A stretch of 11,978 nt of DNA from contig JBAYPN010000022.1 in assembly GCA_041677685.1 (NCBI GenBank), positions 1 to 11,978 of the forward strand, in the 5' to 3' direction. A model generated the notes under the pieces. The model had not been told where the DNA came from. It made no database searches and saw only the letters and a list, made by a program, of their open reading frames with translations. This document shows, in pieces, positions 1 to 6,244 of this stretch. Both the position numbers and the translations under genes were made by a program. The stretch's first letter is position 1. Each line of letters begins with the position of its first letter. The DNA is from an archaeon (lineage in GTDB: Archaea; Iainarchaeota; Iainarchaeia; Iainarchaeales; CSSED10-239).

Positions 1-118
1 AACCATAAAACTTAGTTAAATTTTTAACGTCAATAATATTTTTTTCTAATTTAATTTTATTTGCTTGTTTAATATTATTTCTTTTTTTAATATCATTTAC
101 TTGTTTAATAGTTTTCAT
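1..118 (-). CDS. N-terminal 39 codons of a gene running off the left edge; possibly an ABC-transporter ATP-binding subunit
   Basis: Not in the ORF track because the window edge truncates it. ATG at 118..116, with a GTGAT Shine-Dalgarno-like pentamer (rev-comp of 124..128) 5 nt upstream. Hand translation: MKTIKQVNDIKKRNNIKQANKIKLEKNIIDVKNLTKFYG. The I-x-V-K-N-L-T-K-x-Y-G stretch resembles the first beta-strand of ABC ATPases. The Walker A motif would lie outside the window. Confidence 0.4.
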   Translation of the reverse strand, partial: MKTIKQVNDIKKRNNIKQANKIKLEKNIIDVKNLTKFYG

Positions 119-195
119 AAAAAATCACTTTTAAGTAATATATCTATATGTAATTTAATTTATATTAACTTCTAATTTAAAAAATCAATTAAAAA

Positions 196-948
196 TTAAC
201 CTAACAAAAGTAATAATATTAACATAACTCCAATTCCTAAAAAAATACCTAACAATTGAATTAATGATTTATAAATATTTGTTTCTTTTTTTAATTCAGG
301 AATTAAATCAGCAGTAGCAATGTAAATAAAACCACCTGCAGTTATTGCTAAAATAATGTTTAAAAAAGTAGAACTAACTTGTCCAAGTAATAATGCAATA
401 ACAACTCCTACAATAGAAGTTAAAGCTGTTAAAAAATTCATAACTAATGCTTTTTTAATTGTAAAGCCTCCATGTATCAAAACTCCAAAATCACCTATTT
501 CTTGTGGAATTTCATGTAAAATTACAGCAATAGTTGTTGCTATCCCAATTGGAATTGAAACTAAATAAGTTCCACCAATAACTAATCCATCAATAAAGTT
601 ATGTAAAGCGTCCCCTACAAGATTCATATAAGCAAAAGGATGAGGATGCTTTTTTGAAGTTGGAACATGGCAGTGTCTCCAATGAATAAACTTTTCTAAA
701 ATAAAAAATATAATTAAACCAAAAATAAAAAATAGAGATAAAGATAAAGTAAATCCACCATCTTTAACTAACTCAGGTAAAATATGTAAAATTGCATCTC
801 CAATTAAAGCACCTGCTGAAAAGCTAATTGCAAATAGTAATATATTATTCATTTTTTTTATTTTAAAAAAAAGAGTTATGATTCCAATTAATGAAATTAA
901 ACTAACAATTAAAACACTAATTATTGAATATAACCAAACACTTAACAT
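196..948 (-). CDS. ZIP (Zrt/Irt-like, ZupT/GufA-type) divalent metal transporter
   Basis: ORF track gives 196..957, whose first codon is GTG. I use the first ATG at 948..946. Multi-pass hydrophobic protein with His-rich loop HWRHCHVPTSKKHPHP. It also has GDALHNFIDGLVIG and HEIPQEIGDFGVL, the metal-binding TM signatures of the ZIP family. Confidence 0.85.
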   Translation of the reverse strand: MLSVWLYSIISVLIVSLISLIGIITLFFKIKKMNNILLFAISFSAGALIGDAILHILPELVKDGGFTLSLSLFFIFGLIIFFILEKFIHWRHCHVPTSKKHPHPFAYMNLVGDALHNFIDGLVIGGTYLVSIPIGIATTIAVILHEIPQEIGDFGVLIHGGFTIKKALVMNFLTALTSIVGVVIALLLGQVSSTFLNIILAITAGGFIYIATADLIPELKKETNIYKSLIQLLGIFLGIGVMLILLLLLG

Positions 949-960
949 AAAAATCACAAG

Positions 961-1440
961 TTAATTTAAAATAAAAACAGATATTGTTAAAAATGTAGCA
1001 AATAAAACCCACAAAAAATAAGGTATTAATAAATATGCAGCAAGCTTATTAATTTTATAAAAATAAATTATTGAAAATAATATTAAAATTTCTAAAATTA
1101 TAATTTCAATACAGACTAATAATAATAAATTTAATTCAAAAAATAATAATGACCATAAAATATTAAATATTAATTGAATTGAAAATAACCAAATTGCAAT
1201 TTTTCTAAAGTCAGTATTTTTTTTAGATTTATTAATTAATATTAAGTAAAAAGAAATAATCATTAAAATAAATAAAATATTCCAAACAATTGGGAAAACA
1301 AAATTAGGTGGAACTAGACTAGGTAGATTAATTGTTTTATACCAGAAAGGTATATTTCTGCTAGTAAATATTGAACCTAAAAAAGCAGTTATTATAACCG
1401 ATATAAGAGAGATTATAAAATATTTTAAATTCTTTTTCAT
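961..1440 (-). CDS. TspO/MBR family (tryptophan-rich sensory protein-like) membrane protein
   Basis: ORF track gives 961..1449, which starts at TTG. The first ATG is at 1440..1438. FWYKTINLPSLVPPNFVFPIVWNILF fits the W-Y-x-x-L-x-x-P-x-x-x-P-P...VW signature of TspO. About five hydrophobic helices. Its stop lies 12 nt upstream of the ZIP ATG, so the two are probably co-transcribed. Confidence 0.7.
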   Translation of the reverse strand: MKKNLKYFIISLISVIITAFLGSIFTSRNIPFWYKTINLPSLVPPNFVFPIVWNILFILMIISFYLILINKSKKNTDFRKIAIWLFSIQLIFNILWSLLFFELNLLLLVCIEIIILEILILFSIIYFYKINKLAAYLLIPYFLWVLFATFLTISVFILN

Positions 1441-1587
1441 AATAAACAATTTATCTTATTAATTAATTTTTATATTATAATATTATATTTAAAAGATTAT
1501 ATAAACATTTGTTTTAAAATAATAAATCTATTTGTATATAAAATAATTTTAAAATAAAAACTTAGAAACTTTTAGCTATATTTTAAT

Positions 1588-1609
1588 CTAAAGTGAAAAG
1601 TGATCTTTC
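1588..1609 (+). repeat. Q repeat, copy 1 (CTAAAGTGAAAA + GAAA-N7-TTTC)
   Basis: Exact 12-mer at 1588..1599, in the divergent TspO/panD intergenic region. Confidence 0.8.
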
Positions 1610-1698
1610 TAAATAGTATATTATATTAATTTTAAAAAAAGATAAAATATATAAATAGAATATACATTAATATTAATATTAAAAAAAGAAAGATAATT

Positions 1699-2040
1699 AT
1701 GAAAGTAATACTGAAATCTAAAATACATATGGCTACTATTACAGAAGCCAAAAAAGAATATGTAGGAAGTATAACTATTGATAAAGAATTAATAGATAAA
1801 GTAGGGATTATAGAAGATGAAAAAGTTTTAATTACATCTTTTGATTCAAGAAATAGACTTGAAACAAATGTTATTCCTGGAGAAGCTGGTTCAGGTAAAA
1901 TTGAAATGAATGGTCCTACTGCTAATCTAATTAAAAAAGGTTAAAAAGTAGTAATTATGGCTTTTGAAATTACAGATAAACCTATTAAATCTAAAAAAAT
2001 ATTAGTAAATAAAAATAATAAATTTATTAAATATCTTTGA
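1699..2040 (+). pseudogene. panD: Pyruvoyl-dependent aspartate 1-decarboxylase (PanD) interrupted by a single in-frame TAA at 1942..1944
   Basis: The 81-aa ORF 1699..1944 carries KIHMATITEAKKEYVGSITID (Gly-Ser self-cleavage site) and GSGKIEMNG. Reading through TAA in the same frame gives KVVIMAFEITDKPIKSKKILVNKNNKFIKYL, ending at TGA 2038..2040. This matches the conserved PanD C-terminus; compare Bacillus subtilis ...GDKVIIISY...KVAVLNDQNKI as I recall it. The stop sits where the conserved Asp of G-D-x-V-I-I is expected. Confidence 0.8.
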
Positions 2041-2045
2041 TACTT

Positions 2046-2573
2046 ATGAAAATACATAAAATTGTTAAACCAAAAGGAAAATTATTAAATAAATTATTAG
2101 AAATTTCTGAATTAAATCACATACAAAATATAGAAAATAAATCAAAAGGATTTCTACTTAAAAAAGATTATAAAAAAATATTTTCTACTGCTACAAGAAT
2201 ATATGTTGATAATCCTAAAGAACCTACTTATGTAATTGCTTTTTTTAATAACTCAGATTTTAAAAAGCATATGGGTCAAATTCCAAAAAAAGTTATAGAA
2301 AATTATATACACGCATATGCGGTAATGAAAGATCCAAGAAAAAAAGGTAACTATTTAGATTTTGTTAAAGCTTATGTTGATGCTGAAAAAAAACATTCTC
2401 CAGGAATGTGGGTATTAATCTCTGAACATCCTGAAAAAAATAATAAATCTATTGAATTACATACTAATTTAGGATGGGAAAAGATTGGAGAACATAATGA
2501 ATTTATAAGTGATATAAATCAAAATGTTAAATGGGGAGTTTACATTTTAGATTATAATAAATTAAAAATATAA
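2046..2573 (+). CDS. GNAT-fold (acetyltransferase-like) protein
   Basis: ORF track gives 2037..2573 (TTG start). The first ATG is at 2046, 5 nt after the panD-frame TGA. VMKDPRKKGNYLDFVKAYVD is a degenerate R-x-x-G-x-G/A acetyl-CoA loop. NNKSIELHTNLGWEKIGE resembles the C-terminal N..S...Y.K.GF..G element of GNATs. Assignment is by motif only. Confidence 0.5.
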   Translation: MKIHKIVKPKGKLLNKLLEISELNHIQNIENKSKGFLLKKDYKKIFSTATRIYVDNPKEPTYVIAFFNNSDFKKHMGQIPKKVIENYIHAYAVMKDPRKKGNYLDFVKAYVDAEKKHSPGMWVLISEHPEKNNKSIELHTNLGWEKIGEHNEFISDINQNVKWGVYILDYNKLKI

Positions 2574-2632
2574 TATACTATTTAAATATAATTATTATCA
2601 GTTAAAATTTATGTAAGTTAAAAGCTTTCTTT

Positions 2633-2646
2633 TTAAGCTTCTGGCG
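2633..2646 (+). repeat. P repeat, copy A (TTAAGCTTCTGGCG)
   Basis: Exact 12-mer AAGCTTCTGGCG at 2635..2646. It lies between the convergent GNAT-like (+) and LD-carboxypeptidase (-) genes. A degenerate half copy, AAAGCTTTCT, sits just upstream at 2621..2630. Confidence 0.8.
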
Positions 2647-2721
2647 ATATTTTATTATAACTCAAACATTGGGTGTCAACTGACCAAAACCAGTTGTATT
2701 GAACTAAAATTAAATACTCTT

Positions 2722-3762
2722 TTAATTAACAAATATATTTTCAACTAATTTAACTGTTTTTTTAGAACAATCAATTTCTGTTTTAATCCCTAAAGGCAAA
2801 ATTAGTTGAGGATCAGTATGCCCTATATCAAAATTTGTAATTATTGGTAATTTATTATTTTTAAACTCGTCTCTAACTATTTTTAATATAACATTATTTA
2901 ATTCATCTTTTTCTTTTTTTGTAAAATCTCTTGCTCTTCCAAAAATAATACCAGATATTTTATCAAAAACACCTTGTAAACCATAATTTCTTAACATATA
3001 TTTTATTTGATCTAAAGAAGGTTTATCTTCTGAAGTTTCAAAAAAAAGAATTTTATTTTTAAAGAAATTTAATTTAGGAAAATATTTTGTAGATTTTGTA
3101 AATTCTAATACTTCTATGCACCCACCATATAATTCTCCAACAAATTTTCCTTTACCTTGTAAAAATATCCATCCATCATTTTTTATTTTATTTTTAACCT
3201 TACCAACATTTTCTTTTTTAGACCAATCAAGATATCCATTCACATATTTATTATATTCAAAATATTGATAACTAGAATTATTATTAAATAATATTTCTTT
3301 TATATGTTCTAAATATTTTTGTTCTAAATCATACATTTGAGAAAAACCAGCCATTATTGAAGGCCCATTAAATGTAATTAATCCCAATTGATTAAAATAA
3401 GTATTTAATGTAGCTGTATCTGAAAAACCCATAAATATTTTTGGATTATTTTTAATAATTGTTTCATCTAAATAAGGAAGTATTCTATTACAATCATTTC
3501 CACCAATAACAGTAAATATTGCTTTTATATTTTTATCTTTAAATGCATTATTAACATCATTAGCTCTAAATTTAGGATTATTACTTATAAAATCAAAAGA
3601 TTTTTTAGTTGTAGGATATTCAACTACTTTTAATCCTAAATCTAATAATACTTTTATTCCATTTTTATAAATATGAGGAAATACTTTACAAAGACCACTT
3701 GAAGGAGCAATTACAGCAACAGTATCGCCTACTTTTAACATTTCGAATTTTTTATATTTCAT
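2722..3762 (-). CDS. LD-carboxypeptidase, peptidase family S66 (LdcA / MccF-like)
   Basis: 346 aa with ATG at 3762. VAVIAPSSG near the N-terminus, GGNDCNRILPYLD, nucleophile motif GFSDTATL, FETSED, and the C-terminal GHTDPQLILPLG histidine motif. The size fits the longer MccF-like subgroup. Confidence 0.8.
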   Translation of the reverse strand: MKYKKFEMLKVGDTVAVIAPSSGLCKVFPHIYKNGIKVLLDLGLKVVEYPTTKKSFDFISNNPKFRANDVNNAFKDKNIKAIFTVIGGNDCNRILPYLDETIIKNNPKIFMGFSDTATLNTYFNQLGLITFNGPSIMAGFSQMYDLEQKYLEHIKEILFNNNSSYQYFEYNKYVNGYLDWSKKENVGKVKNKIKNDGWIFLQGKGKFVGELYGGCIEVLEFTKSTKYFPKLNFFKNKILFFETSEDKPSLDQIKYMLRNYGLQGVFDKISGIIFGRARDFTKKEKDELNNVILKIVRDEFKNNKLPIITNFDIGHTDPQLILPLGIKTEIDCSKKTVKLVENIFVN

Positions 3763-3848
3763 AATAATTAACCATATATTATAGATATAAAATGTTTTTA
3801 AATAAAATGGTTAAAAATCTTTTTAAAGTTTATGACAAAAATTCAAAT

Positions 3849-3871
3849 CTAAAGTGAAAAGTACTCATTTC
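3849..3871 (+). repeat. Q repeat, copy 2
   Basis: Exact 12-mer at 3849..3860, 4 nt beyond the stop of the RelE-like gene on the minus strand. GAAA (3856..3859) and TTTC (3868..3871) could pair. Confidence 0.8.
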
Positions 3872-4134
3872 ATATTACGATACCACTTTTCATAATCTTT
3901 ATGATTTTTAAAACAAATTACAAAAATTAAATGATCCTTCTCTATTTTATATATCATTCTTGAAGAATCAGTAACTTTTTCAACAAAATAAGGAAGACCA
4001 TACTTTAAATGCTTTCTAGAAATATCTTCTAGTTTCACTTTTTCAATTTTCTTAAAAAATCTTTTTCTAAGATCTATTGGTAAATTATCTAAGCTTTTAA
4101 AAAATATTGGAGTGTAACTTATTTTAAAACTCAA
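3865..4134 (-). CDS. RelE/ParE-superfamily type II toxin
   Basis: 89 aa. The first available start is TTG at 4134..4132, with an in-frame TGA just upstream, 10 nt after the upstream RHH gene. The pattern ISYTPIFFKSLDNLPIDLRKRFFKKIEKV ... SSRMIYKIEKDHLIFVICFKNHKDYE matches the RelE/ParE layout: an N-terminal helical hairpin, then R-x-I-Y-x-I..., then a beta-sheet ending in H-x-x-x-Y. Confidence 0.7.
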   Translation of the reverse strand: MSFKISYTPIFFKSLDNLPIDLRKRFFKKIEKVKLEDISRKHLKYGLPYFVEKVTDSSRMIYKIEKDHLIFVICFKNHKDYEKWYRNMK

Positions 4135-4144
4135 AAATAATCAC

Positions 4145-4411
4145 TTATATTAAATCTTTATATTTTTTTTTAAAATCTTCTTCAGAATATAATTTTTTTT
4201 TATTTTTTTTAATACCATTTAATTCTTTTTCAACAGCAATACCTACAAGACCTAACTCTTCTTTAGAAATATCATTATATAAATATTTCATACTTACCTC
4301 TAAAATACCAAGTCTTACAATTTCAGATTTTGTTTTAAAATAACCATCTTCTATTAATCTATCCATATATTCTTTTGGTTTGCCTTTTAATCTTACTAAA
4401 AATTCAGTCAT
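4145..4411 (-). CDS. Ribbon-helix-helix (CopG/Arc-like) antitoxin
   Basis: 88 aa, ATG at 4411, GTGAT SD-like 5 nt upstream. FLVRLKGKPKEYMDRLIEDGYFKTKSEIVRLGILE has the beta-strand/helix/helix pattern of RHH DNA binders. It lies immediately upstream of the RelE-like gene. Confidence 0.65.
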   Translation of the reverse strand: MTEFLVRLKGKPKEYMDRLIEDGYFKTKSEIVRLGILEVSMKYLYNDISKEELGLVGIAVEKELNGIKKNKKKLYSEEDFKKKYKDLI

Positions 4412-4451
4412 AAATAATCACATATAATTTATATATAAAAATAATTAAAAA

Positions 4452-4478
4452 GATATGTTTTTGATATGTTTTTGATAT
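4452..4478. promoter_or_regulatory. Tandem 11-bp direct repeat (GATATGTTTTT x2 plus GATAT); candidate operator of the RHH-RelE operon
   Basis: GATATGTTTTT occurs at 4452..4462 and 4463..4473, with a partial third copy at 4474..4478. It lies between P-B and a TTTATATA box that sits 20 nt upstream of the RHH ATG. The 11-bp period is about one helical turn, which suits RHH dimers. Confidence 0.4.
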
Positions 4479-4520
4479 TAAGCTTCTGGCGAGATTTAAA
4501 CCAAAAATGAAAAATATTCT
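4478..4520 (+). repeat. P repeat, copy B (TTAAGCTTCTGGCG plus about 30 nt of extended similarity to copy C)
   Basis: Exact 12-mer at 4480..4491. The following AGATTTAAACCAAAAATGAAAAATAT aligns to copy C GGAGTTAACCCAATATTTAAAAATAG at 19/26 positions by hand. It sits 67 nt upstream of the RHH start and about 47 nt past the GNAT stop. Confidence 0.8.
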
Positions 4521-4537
4521 TTTATGTTTTAATAGTT

Positions 4538-5050
4538 TTATTTAATATACTTAAAATCTAAATTACATTCAGCACTTAATTTTTTTCCTAATAATAATCC
4601 TTGATCTGTAAAAACCCACCCAAATAAAACTAAATTACTATTTTTATTTAAATAAAAACGAATCATATCTTTATATGTTTTTTTAATTATACCTTTTTTT
4701 CTATAGTTAGGATCTATATATGCAGCAGTAAGAAATAAAGTATCAAAATTATCCAAATTAATATTTTCATCAATATTTTTAACAAGTTCAGCTTCATTAA
4801 TCTTCTTACTTAAAAAATCATTCATTAATTTTTTAGAACAAGGTAATAAAGTTACAAATCCTATAATTTTATTTTTATCTTTAATAATACAAAAAGAAAA
4901 AGGAAATTGTTTTTGTAAATTATAAAATTCTAATTCAGTAGGATTATATTGATTAGGATCATCTTTAAATCCAAATTCTTTATCTGCAATTTCAAAAATA
5001 AAATTTAAATCAGTTAACATTATATCAGAATTATATAAATATTTTAACAT
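4538..5050 (-). CDS. GNAT family N-acetyltransferase
   Basis: ORF track gives 4538..5068 (TTG start). I use the first ATG at 5050..5048; the start remains uncertain. LFLTAAYIDPNYRKKGIIKKTYKDMIRF is a good beta4/alpha3 motif A (R-x-x-G-x-x). IIGFVTLLP is a typical preceding strand. Confidence 0.6.
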   Translation of the reverse strand: MLKYLYNSDIMLTDLNFIFEIADKEFGFKDDPNQYNPTELEFYNLQKQFPFSFCIIKDKNKIIGFVTLLPCSKKLMNDFLSKKINEAELVKNIDENINLDNFDTLFLTAAYIDPNYRKKGIIKKTYKDMIRFYLNKNSNLVLFGWVFTDQGLLLGKKLSAECNLDFKYIK

Positions 5051-5127
5051 AAATAAATTATAACACAAATATATTTAAATTTAAGTTTTAATAAAATTTA
5101 AACTAAAAATAAAAAATTACATTTTTT

Positions 5128-5502
5128 TCATTTATTATATTTTGCAAATTCTAACAAATTACCTTCTGTATCATAACATTGAAAACAACGATATGGATAA
5201 TCAGTAAAATCAAGATCTATAGGTTTATGTATTATTTTAACACCTAATTTCTTTATTTTAGAAAATATTAAATCAACATTGTCTGTCCAAAAAACAATAA
5301 CAGAATTATTCCCACAAATACGTTTATTTGATATAATTTTTGGATCAATTAAACCTAAATAAACATCTTTTCCTATATCAAAATCAGCCCAAGTATTATC
5401 CTCTCTATGTTTTACTTTACAAGATAATACATTTTCATAAAATTTAACTGCACGATCCATGTTTTTTACAGATAAATAAATGTGATCTAATTTAACTAAC
5501 AT
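5128..5502 (-). CDS. VOC (glyoxalase / bleomycin-resistance / dioxygenase fold) family protein
   Basis: 124 aa, ATG at 5502. LDHIYLSVKNMDRAVKFYENVL is the canonical first beta-alpha-beta of the VOC fold. The C-terminal CYDTEGNLLEF is typical of the last strands. Confidence 0.7.
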   Translation of the reverse strand: MLVKLDHIYLSVKNMDRAVKFYENVLSCKVKHREDNTWADFDIGKDVYLGLIDPKIISNKRICGNNSVIVFWTDNVDLIFSKIKKLGVKIIHKPIDLDFTDYPYRCFQCYDTEGNLLEFAKYNK

Positions 5503-5647
5503 AATAATCTAATTCAATAACCATTCTATAAAGTACAAATCATTTAGCCCCATATAAATTAAATAATATATAATTAAGTTGACAACAAATTTATAAACGG
5601 TTACATCTACTAATTTTTAAAAAATCAGCTACAAAAGAGCTTCTACC

Positions 5648-5670
5648 CTAAAGTGAAAAACGCTCCTTTT
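5648..5670 (+). repeat. Q repeat, copy 3
   Basis: Exact 12-mer at 5648..5659, 9 nt beyond the stop of 5669..6004 (-). GAAA (5655..5658) and TTTT (5667..5670) could pair, with a G-U wobble. Confidence 0.8.
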
Positions 5671-6004
5671 ATTTTTTAGAACTATGTTCTTTATTACTTC
5701 TAATCATAAAGTCATATTTTAAGTATAGTAAAACATCTTCTTTCACACCAGGATATTTATTAAAATTTTTGTTAACTATATCTATTACTTGTATTTCAGA
5801 TAATTTTTTTTTATTAATTTCTCTAGCTAAAAGAACAGTACTTTTAAATAATTTAGAATCAGGTCCTTTTAAAATTTCTTTTCCAATTCTATTTCTTTCA
5901 GCAGTTAATTCAGATAAATTACTTAAATTTACAGATTTTCTAATAGTAGGCTTAGGTTTTTTTGATATAGATTTATTAAATAATTTTGATAATGTTTTTT
6001 TCAA
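5669..6004 (-). CDS. Hypothetical lysine-rich protein (111 aa)
   Basis: TTG start at 6004..6002, preceded by GAGGTGAT SD with about a 3-4 nt spacer (rev-comp of ~6008..6015). No family recognised. Confidence 0.55.
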   Translation of the reverse strand: MKKTLSKLFNKSISKKPKPTIRKSVNLSNLSELTAERNRIGKEILKGPDSKLFKSTVLLAREINKKKLSEIQVIDIVNKNFNKYPGVKEDVLLYLKYDFMIRSNKEHSSKK

Positions 6005-6030
6005 ATTATCACCTCTTAATTATATATTAA

Positions 6031-6189
6031 TTACAAACATTTATATTGTTTTGTAAAAGTTAAGCTTCTGGCGGGAGTTAACCCAATATTTAAAAATAGA
6101 ATATAAACATCCCCCCTCCCAGATTCGGACATTGGGGAGGTACGAGTTTGTTGTTCGTTGTTAGAAGTTAGTAGATACTTTCCTTTCAT
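6031..6189 (-). CDS. Candidate 52-aa small ORF spanning the P-C repeat and a GC hairpin
   Basis: Below the ORF-track size cutoff. ATG at 6189..6187, with AAGGAG (rev-comp of 6199..6204) 9 nt upstream. Hand translation: MKGKYLLTSNNEQQTRTSPMSESGRGDVYILFLNIGLTPARSLTFTKQYKCL. TAA stop at 6033..6031. No homology recognised, so it may be fortuitous. Confidence 0.3.
   Translation of the reverse strand: MKGKYLLTSNNEQQTRTSPMSESGRGDVYILFLNIGLTPARSLTFTKQYKCL
6060..6102 (+). repeat. P repeat, copy C
   Basis: Exact 12-mer at 6062..6073. It lies 56 nt upstream of the TTG start of 5669..6004 (-) and marks the left edge of the higher-GC block. Confidence 0.8.
6115..6140. other. GC-rich hairpin CCTCCC-N14-GGGAGG
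   Basis: CCTCCC at 6115..6120 and GGGAGG at 6135..6140, conspicuous in very AT-rich DNA. It lies about 140 nt downstream of the 390-aa gene stop and inside the candidate 52-aa ORF. Neither strand has a clean U-tract. Confidence 0.4.
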
Positions 6190-6244
6190 TCTTACCAACT
6201 CCTTTTAGTTTATATTAATATTCTGATTGAAAGCTTTTATAAAA

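Noticed and set aside
356-568. 70-aa plus-strand ORF
   Set aside because: It lies entirely antisense within the well-supported ZIP transporter gene, has no SD, and its composition mirrors the opposite strand. It is a shadow ORF.
1942-1944. TAA codon reassignment as the explanation for the panD in-frame stop
   Set aside because: TAA clearly terminates other good genes in the window, for example the ZIP gene at 196..198, the GNAT-like gene at 2571..2573 and the 5669 gene. A genome-wide recoding of TAA is therefore not supported.
2677-2696. CAACTG-N8-CAGTTG hairpin between convergent genes as an intrinsic terminator
   Set aside because: The stem is only 6 bp with modest GC, and no U-tract follows on either strand. 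It may still be structural but cannot be called a terminator.
4452-4478. CRISPR array or other long tandem array
   Set aside because: The only tandem repeats in the window are this 11-mer (2.5 copies) and the 9-nt-spaced hexamers at 6245..6268. Neither has the 25-40-nt repeat-spacer architecture of a CRISPR array.
5575-5606. TTGACA-N16-TTACAT bacterial sigma70-like promoter on the plus strand
   Set aside because: No plus-strand gene lies downstream, and the -10 match is poor. It is likely a chance match in AT-rich DNA.
5769-6056. 95-aa plus-strand ORF
   Set aside because: It is antisense to 5669..6004, which has a strong GAGGTGAT SD. This ORF has no RBS and a low-complexity hydrophobic translation.
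6060-6085. P repeat as a tRNA or tRNA-fragment att site
   Set aside because: Neither strand can be folded into a T-arm (no 5-bp stem with a TTCRANY-like loop) or an acceptor stem. GGG-AGTTAA-CCC in copy C is only a 3-bp stem and is not conserved in copies A and B.
1588-6102. P/Q repeats as canonical integron attC sites
   Set aside because: Only P-C contains a GTTRRRY-type core (GTTAAGC); P-A and P-B have T or A in place of the G. I found no paired RYYYAAC...GTTRRRY imperfect palindrome of 55-140 nt around any copy. Most modules carry their own promoter-like sequences, and no IntI-like gene is in the window. A non-canonical cassette system remains possible (see findings).
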